From: Vulcanimicrobiota bacterium
GTDB lineage: Bacteria; Vulcanimicrobiota; Vulcanimicrobiia; Vulcanimicrobiales; Vulcanimicrobiaceae
NCBI GenBank assembly: GCA_963833095.1
Contig: CAWHWQ010000002.1
Coordinates: 128,001-192,000 of the forward strand
Direction: 5' to 3'
DNA length: 64,000 nt
This document shows positions 29,515 through 40,490 of the stretch, in pieces. The notes under the pieces are model-generated. The model was not told where the DNA came from, did not search any database, and worked only from the letters and a program-made list of their open reading frames with translations. Each line of letters starts with the position of its first letter. Position 1 is the stretch's first letter. Made by a program: the position numbers and the translations under genes.

Positions 29515-29587
29515 AAAATCACTTTCCGATCTGGAACTCACAGCGTATCAGCCCAACGCGAGCGTCGCCATCGTTTAATGCGCGATA

Positions 29588-30676
29588 TCAAGCCCTCACA
29601 GCGATCTCGTAGGTGAAATTCGCAGGATCCAAGCTATCGCTTCGCACGCCCCCGACTTCCGCTTGCGGATACATGAGAAACGGCACCGGATCGCCGCTCG
29701 AGCCGGGAAGCGCGACGTCGTGCGCATCATTGTATGCCATGTAATTACCCTCCCACGCGCCGAAGAGCGTTTCACGCGCATTGACCACCTTGGGATCGCT
29801 CGGCGCAAGATTCCCCGGCGGTTCCTCCAGCATCACTTTGCGCACGTCGGCCGCATCGGCCGGAATCCATCCGTACTGACTTACGAAAATTTCGGCGCGG
29901 CAATGCTGCGCTTTGCTGATCGTCGAGGAGTTGGCGCCAAGACTCTTGTAGCCGAACGCCGACGGCGCGACGCGAATGCCGTACAGATCGCGCGCAGGTA
30001 ATCCGGCCGCGCGCGCGAGGCCAACCACCAAGCCATTGAGATCGGCGCATTTCCCGCCAAAATCACCCGTCTCTAGCAGAAATGAGATGTTGCCCAAGCC
30101 ACAGCCCCGCGTCTTGGGATTGCGATACGTGTTGGTTACCACCCACGCGTAGATGCGCTGCGCCTTTTCCAGCTCGGTCGTGGCGCCGGCCGTAATTTTG
30201 TCGGCCGTGGTTTTGACGATACCGTCGGTCGGAATGAACGAGGTCGGCGCCGTGTAGAGGCGGCGCTCGGCGTCGCTCAACGACGACGGGTGCGGCACTA
30301 AGAAATTGACGTTGCGATCGCGCGTCGTAACGTTCGACGTCACGATCAAGGTGCGCGCTTTGGTACTCGCGGGCAGCTGCGCATACAGCATCTGCGCGCC
30401 GTACCGCGGATCGGTTGCAAACTCGGCGGACGCAGCGTCGCCCGACCACGAACTCTTCCCCGGCCGCATCCAGCTGCTTTCCGAGAATGATGACACAGGT
30501 ATCCAAACCTTTGCCGCATCGCCGGGCGCGATGGTCACCGTCGTCGTCACCGCGTACGAGCGCCAGGGGCCCGGTTTGGGATCGAACGGATCGCTCGCCG
30601 CCTTCGCCACTCCGCGCAGACCCGCGATACCGAACGAAAGAGCCGCCGCGCTCTGGATAAATGACTGCCGTTTCAT
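29588..30676 (-). CDS. Exported transglutaminase-like cysteine enzyme
   Basis: KRQSFI Tat-like signal; triad motifs GGKCADLN, QHCRAE, WIPAD. Confidence 0.88.
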   Translation of the reverse strand: MKRQSFIQSAAALSFGIAGLRGVAKAASDPFDPKPGPWRSYAVTTTVTIAPGDAAKVWIPVSSFSESSWMRPGKSSWSGDAASAEFATDPRYGAQMLYAQLPASTKARTLIVTSNVTTRDRNVNFLVPHPSSLSDAERRLYTAPTSFIPTDGIVKTTADKITAGATTELEKAQRIYAWVVTNTYRNPKTRGCGLGNISFLLETGDFGGKCADLNGLVVGLARAAGLPARDLYGIRVAPSAFGYKSLGANSSTISKAQHCRAEIFVSQYGWIPADAADVRKVMLEEPPGNLAPSDPKVVNARETLFGAWEGNYMAYNDAHDVALPGSSGDPVPFLMYPQAEVGGVRSDSLDPANFTYEIAVRA

Positions 30677-30782
30677 TGTTACATCATAACACCGGCGTCC
30701 GCTGCGCCCACCTAACCGCAACTTTACGCCCCCCTTGTGGCCTCCTTAGGGGAACGCGCTTTCTCAAGCGAATTCTGCATTT

Positions 30783-32702
30783 TTGGAGGGCCGCTTGGAG
30801 ACGTCGGAGCGCAAGGCCTATCAGGACTGGCTCCAAGAGGCCGGAGCAACGAGCATCTGGTTTTACGCCGGATTCATCGTCGTGCTCTTGCCCGCGTTTC
30901 ACTTTATCCTGAGTGCGGTTCCCAATCATCCTCCCGATTCGCTCTCGATCCGCATTGCTGCGGCAGCCGTATCCGCCGCCGTTGCGCTGACGGTCTGGCT
31001 CTATCGTCCCGCGCGCCGATTCGCCGCTGTGCTGCAGATAGTCAACGTGCTTCCGACGATGCTTGCGATCGATGTGCTCGTCGTCGATAGCGGCAACCAT
31101 TATCTCTATATCGCCTCAGCGTTGCTCATGATCGTGGGTGCGCAACAGGCCTTCTATCTCGAATGGCCGCTCGCCCTCGTGATGATCGTCGCCCTCGTGT
31201 TCCAAGCACTTTACTCTGCGCACGCCGGCATTTTTTACACGCCGGCAAACGTCGCCACACTCGCAATCTTTGCCGCCGGATACATCCTCGCGTTCATTCC
31301 GGCGGCGCTACGCATGCGGATCGAGCGGCGCGAGATTCTCGGTCGTTTGCAAGCGCGAAAACTCGCGCGAAGCGACGCGCTCACGGGACTACCCAATCGC
31401 ATATCGCTCGGCTTACATCTCGAAGAAACGCTGAACAGCCCATCGGGCGAGCCGGGTTGCGCCGTGCTTTTCCTCGACCTCGACGGGTTCAAAGACGTCA
31501 ACGACAGCCTCGGCCATAGTGTCGGTGACGTACTTTTACGCTCCGTGGCGGAACGTTTGGAATCCGCACTCGATGGCGGAACGATTCTTGCGCGCTGGGG
31601 CGGCGACGAATTCGTCATCGTGCTGCCGGCGGTGAGTGATCCCGGCGCAGTCTCGGCATTCGCCACCAAGATCTCGGGCCTTTTCACGCAACCGTTTTTC
31701 GTCGACGGCTACGAACTCACGATCGCGGCGAGCATTGGCATCTCGCTCTCGCCCGTCGACGGCACCGACGCAAACGTTCTCATTCGCAATGCCGATACCG
31801 CGATGTACCGCGCAAAGGAAGGTTACGCACCGCGCGTCGCCTTCTGGGCGCCCGAAATGCATGATGCGGCCGACCTGCGCTACAAAGCAGCGAGCGCGCT
31901 GCGCGAAGCGGTGCTGGCAGAACGCTTCATTCTCCACTATCAACCGATCGTCGACACGGTAAGTGCGCGACTAGTCGGCGCCGAAGCGCTGTTGCGCTGG
32001 CCGGACGTCTCCGGAATGCGCTACCCTGCGACGTTCATCGGTGTGGCGGAGGAGTCCGGACTCATTGTTCCGCTTGGCGCCTGGGTGCTGCGCAGCGCTT
32101 GCGCGCAGCTCGCTCGCTGGAGCCGACGCGGCTTGCACCGGTATCTTTCGGTGAACGTGTCGGCGCGCCAATTCATGCATCCGGACTTTTGCGCAACGCT
32201 CGCCGATGCGCTCGAGAGTAGCGGCGCCGATCCGAACCTGCTCGATATCGAGATCACCGAGTCAACGCTGCTCACCAACGTACACGCGGTGCGTCGTATC
32301 CTCGAAGAAGTCAAGGCGATGGGCCCAACGGTAACAATCGACGATTTTGGAACCGGCTACAGCGCACTCGTCTACCTCAAGGAGTTCTCGCTGCATGCGC
32401 TCAAGCTCGACCGCACGTTCGTTTCGGACATCGAGCATCGCTCGGAACGAGCGATCGCACGTTCCATCGTGCGTATCGCGCACACGCTGGGAATGAAGGT
32501 CACCGCTGAAGGGGTTGAAACCCCTGAGCAATTCGATACGCTGTACCAGCTACGTTGCGATCGCGCGCAGGGTTTTCATTTCGGGAGACCCGTGCCGGTT
32601 GAAGAGTTCGACCACCTCTACGCGAACGCGGCCGGGACGCCGCTCGTCGCCCCCCACCCCGCGCGCCGCCTGGTCGCATTGACATCGCCCGTCGTGGAGT
32701 GA
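30783..32702 (+). CDS. Membrane diguanylate cyclase/phosphodiesterase (GGDEF-EAL)
   Basis: About 6 TM, DALTGLPNR, GGDEF, EALLRW, DDFGTGYS, AEGVET. Confidence 0.93.
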   Translation: MEGRLETSERKAYQDWLQEAGATSIWFYAGFIVVLLPAFHFILSAVPNHPPDSLSIRIAAAAVSAAVALTVWLYRPARRFAAVLQIVNVLPTMLAIDVLVVDSGNHYLYIASALLMIVGAQQAFYLEWPLALVMIVALVFQALYSAHAGIFYTPANVATLAIFAAGYILAFIPAALRMRIERREILGRLQARKLARSDALTGLPNRISLGLHLEETLNSPSGEPGCAVLFLDLDGFKDVNDSLGHSVGDVLLRSVAERLESALDGGTILARWGGDEFVIVLPAVSDPGAVSAFATKISGLFTQPFFVDGYELTIAASIGISLSPVDGTDANVLIRNADTAMYRAKEGYAPRVAFWAPEMHDAADLRYKAASALREAVLAERFILHYQPIVDTVSARLVGAEALLRWPDVSGMRYPATFIGVAEESGLIVPLGAWVLRSACAQLARWSRRGLHRYLSVNVSARQFMHPDFCATLADALESSGADPNLLDIEITESTLLTNVHAVRRILEEVKAMGPTVTIDDFGTGYSALVYLKEFSLHALKLDRTFVSDIEHRSERAIARSIVRIAHTLGMKVTAEGVETPEQFDTLYQLRCDRAQGFHFGRPVPVEEFDHLYANAAGTPLVAPHPARRLVALTSPVVE

Positions 32703-32752
32703 ACAAGTGTTCGCCTGTATCCGGTCGTGAAAATGAGTGCTTAAATCGTGCT

Positions 32753-33256
32753 ATGAGTGTGAAGAGCCACGACACCGTCGGAAGCGAGCTGGCGACCTCG
32801 CTGACGGTCAACGGAAAGACCTATGCGGTCGAAGCCGATTGCCGCACCTCGCTGCTCGACTACCTGCGCGAAACCCTTGGACTGACCGGGACGAAGAAAG
32901 GCTGCGATCACGGCCAATGCGGCGCGTGCACGATCCACGTCAACGGTAAACGCACCCTCTCGTGTCTGACCTTTGTGGCGATGCACGACGGCGACGAGAT
33001 CACAACCATCGAAGGCCTCGCCGACGGGGAAAATCTGCATCCCGTGCAGGCCGCATTTCTCGAACACGACGGCTACCAGTGCGGGTACTGCACCTCAGGA
33101 CAAATCATGTCGGCGGCGGCAATGATCAACGAGCCCTGGGGCCCCGACGATGCCGACGTCGCCGAAGCAATGAGCGGAAACATCTGTCGGTGCGGTGCCT
33201 ATCAGCGCATCGTCGCCGCGATCCAATCGGTTCGCCAGTGGGAAGCGCTATTGTGA
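32753..33256 (+). CDS. Xanthine/aldehyde oxidoreductase 2Fe-2S subunit (PaoA/YagT-like, no Tat signal)
   Basis: GCDHGQCGAC, QCGYC, GNICRC. Confidence 0.92.
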   Translation: MSVKSHDTVGSELATSLTVNGKTYAVEADCRTSLLDYLRETLGLTGTKKGCDHGQCGACTIHVNGKRTLSCLTFVAMHDGDEITTIEGLADGENLHPVQAAFLEHDGYQCGYCTSGQIMSAAAMINEPWGPDDADVAEAMSGNICRCGAYQRIVAAIQSVRQWEALL

Positions 33257-34227
33257 GACGTTTTGACATGACGCGCGCTGCCGATCTCGACGAAGCGCTA
33301 CGCGCAACGCAAACCGCGCCGGCGAGATTCGTCGCCGGCGGCACGACGCTGATCGATTTGATGCGTCAAGACGTCGAACGGCCCGAGCGCGTGGTCGCGA
33401 TCAACCGTCTTCCGCTGACGACGATCCAAACGACTGCAGAGAACGGTCTCGTCATCGGAGCCCTCGCGACCAACAGCGAGGTCGCGCACCATCCCAAGGT
33501 CCGCTCGGAGTACCGCGTGTTGTCCGAAGCGATTCTCTCGGGCGCAACGACGCAGATCCGCAACATGGCGACGACCGGCGGCAATTTGCTCCAACGCACG
33601 CGCTGCATCTACTTTCGCGATCCCCACTCGGCGTGCAATAAGCGCGAGCCGGGAAGCGGCTGTCCAGCGACGAGCGGATTCAATCGCAACCTCGCGGTGC
33701 TGGGAACAAGCGAGCACTGCATCGCCACTAATCCGTCCGACCAAAACGTCGCGCTCGCGGCTTTGGGCGCAATTATCGACGTGCAAGGATCGGCGCGCTC
33801 TCGCAGCATTCCGATTGACCGCTTTTTTCTGCTTCCGGACTCGACACCCGAACTCGAGACCACGCTCGAGCCCGGGGAGTTGATCGTCGGGGTCACGCTC
33901 CCCCCGATGAACGGTTGGCGCTCGCACTATCTCAAACTGCGCGACCGGCAGTCGTACGAATTCGCGCTCGCCTCGGCGGCGGTCGCCGTTCGGCTCGACG
34001 GTTCCACCATTGCTGACGCGCGTATCGCGCTCGGCGGTGTCGGCACGATTCCTTGGCGCGTTCCGCAAGCCGAATCGTCGCTGACCGGAAAAGCTGCGTC
34101 GCGCGACGCGTTCCGCGCGGCTGCGGAAATCGCGCTCCACAATGCGCGACCGCAGAGCGAGAATGCTTTCAAAATCGAGCTTGCCAAACGCTGCCTGGTG
34201 CAAGCGCTGCTCGAGGCGACGGCATGA
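33253..34227 (+). CDS. Xanthine/aldehyde oxidoreductase FAD subunit (PaoB/YagS-like)
   Basis: AGGTTLID, IRNMAT.GGN, 4Fe-4S Cys insert RC.YFR..CNKR.PGSGC; GTG overlaps the previous stop. Confidence 0.92.
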   Translation: MRRFDMTRAADLDEALRATQTAPARFVAGGTTLIDLMRQDVERPERVVAINRLPLTTIQTTAENGLVIGALATNSEVAHHPKVRSEYRVLSEAILSGATTQIRNMATTGGNLLQRTRCIYFRDPHSACNKREPGSGCPATSGFNRNLAVLGTSEHCIATNPSDQNVALAALGAIIDVQGSARSRSIPIDRFFLLPDSTPELETTLEPGELIVGVTLPPMNGWRSHYLKLRDRQSYEFALASAAVAVRLDGSTIADARIALGGVGTIPWRVPQAESSLTGKAASRDAFRAAAEIALHNARPQSENAFKIELAKRCLVQALLEATA

Positions 34228-36275
34228 GCGTCGGAGCACCGATCGATCGCATCGATGGCCGCCTCAAAGTCACCGGCGGCGCGGACTACGCTTCGGATCG
34301 CGTCCTTGACGGCATGCTCTACGGCGTTCCGGTCGGCAGCACGATCGCCGCGGGTCGCGTGCTCAACGTCGATCCAGCTGCCGCGCTTGCTGTTCCCGGC
34401 GTCGTCGCCGTGTTCGATCACACCAACATCGGCACGTTCCAATCGCTGCACCCGCCGATGTCGCAGCAGCGCGCCTACGTTGACGAAACTCGCGCACCGC
34501 TTTCCGATGACGCCGTCGCTTACTATGGGCAATACGTCGCGGTGGTGATCGCGCGGACGCTCGAATCGGCAACGGAAGGCGCGTCAGCCGTGCGTGTCAC
34601 GTATGCGCCGGCGATTCCGCTGAATTCTCCCGTCAGGTACGACGAAGGCGAGCGCGGCGTCGTGAGCCACCGCGGCGATCCCGACAAAGCCTTCGCCGAG
34701 GCTTCCATCACACTCGACGAGGTGTATCGCACACCGGCCGAGACGCACAATCCGATCGAGCTGCACGCGACGGTCGCATCGTGGGATGGCGATAGCGTCA
34801 CGCTCTATGAAACGTCCCAGGCGATCGTCAATCACCGCAACGTCTTGGCACGCATGTTTGGCCTTCCCGTCGAGAACGTTCGCGTCATCACCCGCTATTT
34901 GGGTTCAGGATTCGGGGGCAAATTGTGGCCGTGGGCGCAGTCGCCACTCGCCGCGGCCGCCGCGCGAAAGCTCGGTCAGCCGGTGAAGATCGTCGTCACC
35001 CGCGAGCAGATGTTTATGAACGTCGGCCACCGCCCCGTAACGGTGCAGCGCGTGCGTCTGAGTGCCGATGCGGACGGGCGCCTTACCTCGCTACAGCACG
35101 ACTACGCCAATCACACCAACATGCTCGATGACTACGACGAAGGCTGCTCGGAAGCAACGACCTACTTTTACAGCACGCCGAATCTGCGCGTCACGAGCGG
35201 ACTTGCAAAACGCAACGTCGGCGCGCCGACCTCGATGCGCGGCCCCGGCGCCGTTCCCGGTTTATTCGCGACCGAGTCGGCCCTCGACGAGCTTGCCATT
35301 CTTTTGAAAATGGATCCGGTCGCGTTGCGCTTGCGCAACACGCCGGCAATCGACGAGGGCCTCAATATCCCGTTCACCTCGTGCCACGTTGCCGAGTGCT
35401 ACGAACAGGGCGCAAAGACGTTCGGGTGGCACGACCGCACCGCGGGAGTTGGCTCGATGAAGCGGGATGGCATGATCGTCGGATGGGGCGTGGCCGGATG
35501 CTCGTGGATCGCCGATCGCCTCCACTGCGAAGTCCGCGTGGAGTTGCACGGCGACCGCGCGCACGTGTTTTGCGGCACCCAAGATATTGGGACCGGCACG
35601 TACACGATGCTCGCGCAAATCGCAAGCGACGCGCTCGGCATCCCCGTTTCGCGCATCACGATCTCGATCGGCGATTCGTCACTCCCGCCCGGCCCGTTGT
35701 CGGGCGGCTCGATGGCGACCGCATCCGTTATTCCGGCAACGATCGACGCGTGCAAGGAAGCCTTGAAAAAAGGCGTGGGCTACGGGAAGTCCGATGCGAC
35801 GTTTCAAAACAAGAACCGCAAGAAATCGAGTCACTCGTTCGGCGCGCAGTTCGTTGAGGTCACCTGGCAGCCCGAGATCGCGCGCTTACGCGTGCGACGT
35901 ACCGTTACCGTGATCGACGCGGGCACGATCATCAACCCGAAGACCGCGCGCAACCAAATCGAGGGCGCGGTCGTGTTTGGCGTGGGAATGGCGCTGTTTG
36001 AGCAAACGCATTACGATCCCAAGACGGCGGCGCCACTCAATCGCAACTTTGCCGATTACGTCGTCGCATCGAATGCGGATCATCCGTCGATGGACGTAAG
36101 CTTCCTCAATTATCCCGACTACGATTTGAATCCACTGGGTGCGCGAGGCGTCGGCGAAATCGGCCTTGCGGGCGTCGCGCCCGCGATTACCGCCGCCGTG
36201 TATCACGCGACCGGCGTGCGCGTTCGGGATCTTCCGGTCAGCATCGAGGATCTTCTGCCCCGGCAGCCTTCGTAG
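34224..36275 (+). CDS. Xanthine/aldehyde oxidoreductase molybdopterin subunit (PaoC/YagR-like)
   Basis: RIDGRLKVTG, GSGFGGK, MRGPG, DIGTGT, QIEG, GVGEIG. Confidence 0.92.
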   Translation: MSVGAPIDRIDGRLKVTGGADYASDRVLDGMLYGVPVGSTIAAGRVLNVDPAAALAVPGVVAVFDHTNIGTFQSLHPPMSQQRAYVDETRAPLSDDAVAYYGQYVAVVIARTLESATEGASAVRVTYAPAIPLNSPVRYDEGERGVVSHRGDPDKAFAEASITLDEVYRTPAETHNPIELHATVASWDGDSVTLYETSQAIVNHRNVLARMFGLPVENVRVITRYLGSGFGGKLWPWAQSPLAAAAARKLGQPVKIVVTREQMFMNVGHRPVTVQRVRLSADADGRLTSLQHDYANHTNMLDDYDEGCSEATTYFYSTPNLRVTSGLAKRNVGAPTSMRGPGAVPGLFATESALDELAILLKMDPVALRLRNTPAIDEGLNIPFTSCHVAECYEQGAKTFGWHDRTAGVGSMKRDGMIVGWGVAGCSWIADRLHCEVRVELHGDRAHVFCGTQDIGTGTYTMLAQIASDALGIPVSRITISIGDSSLPPGPLSGGSMATASVIPATIDACKEALKKGVGYGKSDATFQNKNRKKSSHSFGAQFVEVTWQPEIARLRVRRTVTVIDAGTIINPKTARNQIEGAVVFGVGMALFEQTHYDPKTAAPLNRNFADYVVASNADHPSMDVSFLNYPDYDLNPLGARGVGEIGLAGVAPAITAAVYHATGVRVRDLPVSIEDLLPRQPS

Positions 36276-36293
36276 AAGGCGGAGGATTCAACT

Positions 36294-37772
36294 ATGCCCG
36301 ATATCGTTCTCATTGGCGCCGGCATCATGAGTTCAACGCTTGGCGTCATCCTCAAGGAATTGGATCCCAATCTCACGATCGAGATGCACGAAGTTCTTGA
36401 GAGCCCCGCGCAAGAGAGCTCGAACGCGTGGAACAACGCCGGGACGGGCCACGCAGCGCTGTGTGAATTGAACTACACACCGGAGCAAAGTGACGGCAGC
36501 ATCGACATTTCAAAGGCGCTCGAGGTGAACACGGAGTTTGACCTCTCCCGCCAATTCTGGAGCTACCTCGTCAAGAGCGGCGCGATCAAAGACCCGCAGT
36601 CTTTCATCCACCCCGTGCCGCACATGAGCTTCGTGCGCGGAGCGGAGAACGTGGAGTTCTTGCACCGGCGTTTCACCGCGTTAACCGCGAACTTCTTATA
36701 TGCGGGAATGGAGTATTCGCAGGACCCTAAAGAAATCGCGGAATGGACACCGCTGGTTATGGAAGGCCGCGACCCAAGCGAGCCGACGGCGGCAACGCGA
36801 ATGGTCACCGGTACCGACGTCGATTATGGCGCGCTCACCAACCTGCTGCTCGACTCGCTCAAAGGCAAGGACGGCTTCTCGCTCAACTTTTCCAGCCGCG
36901 TGCAGAACCTGCAGCGCGCCGGGTCGCGTTGGAACGTGCGCGTGCGTGATGAGAAAACCGGTGATCACCGCGACGTTCTCGCCGACTTTGTTTTCATCGG
37001 CGCGGGCGGCGGTTCGCTGCCGCTCTTGCAAAAGTCCGGGATTCCCGAGGCGCGCGGCTACGCGGGATTTCCGGTGAGCGGTATTTGGCTTCGTTGCGAC
37101 GATTCGCAGATCGCCGCGCGCCACAACGCGAAGGTGTACGGCAAAGCATCGGTCGGATCGCCGCCGATGTCGGTGCCGCATCTCGACCGGCGTCACGTCG
37201 ACGGTACCATCGCCTTGCTCTTTGGCCCGTACGCCGGCTTTTCGACCAAATTCCTCAAACACGGCTCCTATCTCGATCTCTTCGGATCGATCGATCCGGA
37301 GAACATTCTGCCGCTGCTCGCCGTCGGACGCGACAACTTCGCGCTGGAGAAGTACTTGATCGGCCAATTGCTCGAGAGCGAGCAACAGCGGTTCGCCGCG
37401 CTGCGTGACTATTTCCCCAACGCCAAGGAATCGGATTGGCGCATCGATGTCGCGGGGCAACGGGTGCAGATCGTCAAGAAGGATCCAACGCACGGCGGCA
37501 TCCTGCAGTTCGGCACCGAGATCGTCGGATCGGCGGACGGTTCTATCGTCGCGCTGCTTGGCGCATCCCCCGGCGCTTCAACGTCGGTAGCCGTCATGCT
37601 CAGCGTGCTCGAACGCTGTTTTGCTGCGCGACTCAACGAATGGCGGCCCAAACTCACCGAGATGATTCCGTCGTTCGGTCAATCATTGATCGATAACCCC
37701 GAGTTAGTGCGGCGCGTACGCGGCGAATCGGCGTCCGTTTTGCACATCAACGAGCTTGCAACAGCGCACTAG
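36294..37772 (+). CDS. mqo: Malate:quinone oxidoreductase
   Basis: [40 protein letters not shown]. Confidence 0.96.
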   Translation: MPDIVLIGAGIMSSTLGVILKELDPNLTIEMHEVLESPAQESSNAWNNAGTGHAALCELNYTPEQSDGSIDISKALEVNTEFDLSRQFWSYLVKSGAIKDPQSFIHPVPHMSFVRGAENVEFLHRRFTALTANFLYAGMEYSQDPKEIAEWTPLVMEGRDPSEPTAATRMVTGTDVDYGALTNLLLDSLKGKDGFSLNFSSRVQNLQRAGSRWNVRVRDEKTGDHRDVLADFVFIGAGGGSLPLLQKSGIPEARGYAGFPVSGIWLRCDDSQIAARHNAKVYGKASVGSPPMSVPHLDRRHVDGTIALLFGPYAGFSTKFLKHGSYLDLFGSIDPENILPLLAVGRDNFALEKYLIGQLLESEQQRFAALRDYFPNAKESDWRIDVAGQRVQIVKKDPTHGGILQFGTEIVGSADGSIVALLGASPGASTSVAVMLSVLERCFAARLNEWRPKLTEMIPSFGQSLIDNPELVRRVRGESASVLHINELATAH

Positions 37773-37782
37773 GAGTTACAAC

Positions 37783-38157
37783 ATGGTACGAGCGTATCGC
37801 CTCTATACCGGCTCCGACGGCAATTCGCACGTGGAACAAGGATGCATCAGCGACAACGCTTTGGTCGCGGCTGAGTCGATCCTTTTTAAGGAAACGCCGG
37901 CGCACTCATCGTATGATTGGCACAACGACCCTATCCCGCAATATGTCATCACGCTCAGCGGGGTGCTCGAATTTAGCACCAAGACGGGCGAGACGTTCAC
38001 CCTGCATCCGGGCGATGTACTGCTCGCGGTAGATAACACCGGAACGGGGCACAAGTGGCGCCTGATCAACGACGAACCGTGGAAGCGCGCGTACGTCGTC
38101 TTCAAAGCCGGATCGGACACGCATTTCCTTGCGGACCAGGTCGCGGCAAAATCCTAG
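37783..38157 (+). CDS. Small cupin-like protein
   Basis: RLYTG.DG.SH, WH..P..QYVITLSG.LE, PGD.LL..D.TG.GH; AGGAG RBS. Confidence 0.8.
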   Translation: MVRAYRLYTGSDGNSHVEQGCISDNALVAAESILFKETPAHSSYDWHNDPIPQYVITLSGVLEFSTKTGETFTLHPGDVLLAVDNTGTGHKWRLINDEPWKRAYVVFKAGSDTHFLADQVAAKS

Positions 38158-38166
38158 TTCGCGCGC

Positions 38167-38970
38167 CTACTCTACCTCGAGCGGCACGCCTTGCGCGGCT
38201 TGGGCTTCCTGCGCTTTGGGTGGCCCGCGAAGGACGCGCGCGACGAGCACCGCAACCACGGCGCCAATGATCGAACCCAGCGGGTAGACCCAATAGGTCG
38301 AGAGATTGCCGATCGCAAGATCGGGTGAGAACGCTCGGGCCGGGTTGAATGCGGCGCCGTCGTATGGACCGCCCATCGTTCCGACAGACATGACGAATGC
38401 ACCGACAGCCAGAGGAACGTATGCGCCGTTGAGTTTCGGGCCGTTGGCCATGCTCAACACCATCAGCACAAGCCCGAACACAAGGATTGCCTCAAAACCC
38501 ACCGAGGGCCACTCCTGACCCGGCGGTGGAATCGTCGCGGCCAAGTTGCCGCCTGTGCCAAAGTACGCGCGAGCGAGCAGCGAACCAGCACTGGCCGCCG
38601 CGAACTGCACGACGAAGTATGCGCAAGCCATGGGCCAACCCATGTCCCCGCGCAGCGTGAACGCTAGTGTCATAGCCGGATTGAAATGCGCCGAAATATC
38701 GCCGAGAAAATAGACGGCTACCACCAGCCAAAGCGCCGAAATCATCGAGAGAATGAAGGCGTACTGATACTTTGCGAGGTCGGCGCCACCATACTTCGCC
38801 AGCACTGCGGCGCCGCCCGACAAGAGAAACATGAAGCCAGCCGTCCCGATGAACTCCGCGAGTAAGCGGCGCAGGCGATGCTCCCGGCTATGCCAGTCCG
38901 CGGTGAACCGCGCACCAAATTGCCGTTCTAGCGCCGCCTGACCTATCTCACTCATCGCCTGCGCGTTCAT
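38167..38970 (-). CDS. Aquaporin (MIP family)
   Basis: AEFIGT, AHFNPA, FNPAR; start overlaps fumC stop by 1 nt. Confidence 0.92.
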   Translation of the reverse strand: MNAQAMSEIGQAALERQFGARFTADWHSREHRLRRLLAEFIGTAGFMFLLSGGAAVLAKYGGADLAKYQYAFILSMISALWLVVAVYFLGDISAHFNPAMTLAFTLRGDMGWPMACAYFVVQFAAASAGSLLARAYFGTGGNLAATIPPPGQEWPSVGFEAILVFGLVLMVLSMANGPKLNGAYVPLAVGAFVMSVGTMGGPYDGAAFNPARAFSPDLAIGNLSTYWVYPLGSIIGAVVAVLVARVLRGPPKAQEAQAAQGVPLEVE

Positions 38971-40436
38971 TACTTGTTTGCAATGTCCGCCGATCCCGGG
39001 TGCGTAAGGTTGATCGGCACAACCACGCGATCGAAAAGGTTCTCGTCAACGCCGTTTGCGAGCGCTGCTTGTTTGAGGGTCAAGTTTTTGGCAATCGCGT
39101 AGTACGAGATCTTCGCCGACAGGTCGTACCCAATCACGGGCGACAACGCCGTCACCATCATCACGGAACGGTCGACATTGGCCTTGAGCTGTGCCTCGTT
39201 GAGCAACGCGCCTTCGACCATGAACTCGCGGAAGTGATCGCACATGTCAGCCATGATCAACGCCGAGTGAAGGTAGTTGGCGATGATGATCGGGCGGAAT
39301 GCGTTGAGCTCGAAATTCCCTTCGGAGCCTCCCATCTGAACCGCGACATCGGATCCCATGATCTCGATGCAGACCATCAACATCGCTTCAGCTTGGGTCG
39401 GGTTTACTTTCCCGGGCATGATCGACGAGCCGGGCTCGTTTGCCGGGAGAATCAACTCCATGAGGCCGGTGCGCGGTCCCGAGCCGAGCCAGCGCATGTC
39501 GTTGGCAATTTTGAAAAGCGAGACGGCAGTCGTCTTCAGTCCGGCATGGGCGCGCACCATGCGGTCGAGCGTGCCTTGAGCCGTGAACTTGTTGTCGGCC
39601 GTTTTGATCGCGAATCCGGTCAGCGTCGAAAGTTGCGCAGCCACTTCGTCGCCAAAACCGACGGGCGCATTGAGGCCCGTTCCGACGGCCGTGCCGCCCA
39701 TCGCCACTTGCAGTAAACCCTCGGTGACGCGCGCGAGCTCAGCAATGCTGTCGTCGAGCGCGCCGACGTACCCCGACCACTCCTGACCTACGGTCAGCGG
39801 CGTCGCGTCCTCAAGATGCGTGCGGCCGATTTTTACGACGTCGTTCCAGATCTGCGCCTTTTTCGCGAGCGCATCGCGCAGCCGCCTTAGAGCCGGGAGC
39901 GTCTTCTCGGTCGCCATCTTGTAAGCGGCAACGTGCATCGCGGTCGGGAACGTATCGTTGCTCGATTGCCCCATGTTGACGTGATCGTTGGGATGGATGG
40001 GTTCTTGCGCGCCGAGCACGCCTCCAACTAACTGGATACAGCGGTTGGAGATCACCTCATTGACGTTCATGTTCGACTGCGTGCCCGAGCCGGTCTGCCA
40101 CACGTACAGCGGAAACTCGCTGTCGAGCGCGCCACTGATCACCTCATCGCTCACCCGTTCGATGAGTTTGCCTTTCCAGTCGGGGAGGCGACCGGCCGCA
40201 GTGTTCACGATCGCGGCGGCTTTTTTCACGTAGCCGTACGCGTGATACACTTCTTTGGGCATGCGGTCATTGCCAATGTTGAAGTGCTCGAGACTTCGCT
40301 GGGTTTGCGCGCCCCAATAATGGTCGGCTGGAACGTCGACCGTGCCCAAGCTGTCGAATTCCTTGCGCATGCCGGTAGCTTGTAAGCCGATTGGAAGGTT
40401 GAGTACCGTGGGAGGCTTCTGTTCTGTGTGGATCAT
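38970..40436 (-). CDS. fumC: Class II fumarate hydratase
   Basis: WGAQTQRS, QTGSGT, KIGRTH, GSSIMPGKVNP. Confidence 0.96.
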   Translation of the reverse strand: MIHTEQKPPTVLNLPIGLQATGMRKEFDSLGTVDVPADHYWGAQTQRSLEHFNIGNDRMPKEVYHAYGYVKKAAAIVNTAAGRLPDWKGKLIERVSDEVISGALDSEFPLYVWQTGSGTQSNMNVNEVISNRCIQLVGGVLGAQEPIHPNDHVNMGQSSNDTFPTAMHVAAYKMATEKTLPALRRLRDALAKKAQIWNDVVKIGRTHLEDATPLTVGQEWSGYVGALDDSIAELARVTEGLLQVAMGGTAVGTGLNAPVGFGDEVAAQLSTLTGFAIKTADNKFTAQGTLDRMVRAHAGLKTTAVSLFKIANDMRWLGSGPRTGLMELILPANEPGSSIMPGKVNPTQAEAMLMVCIEIMGSDVAVQMGGSEGNFELNAFRPIIIANYLHSALIMADMCDHFREFMVEGALLNEAQLKANVDRSVMMVTALSPVIGYDLSAKISYYAIAKNLTLKQAALANGVDENLFDRVVVPINLTHPGSADIANK

Positions 40437-40490
40437 GGTCAGATACCTCGTCGTCCATCGCCCAGTGTAATCATGATACTCGGCCCTTGG

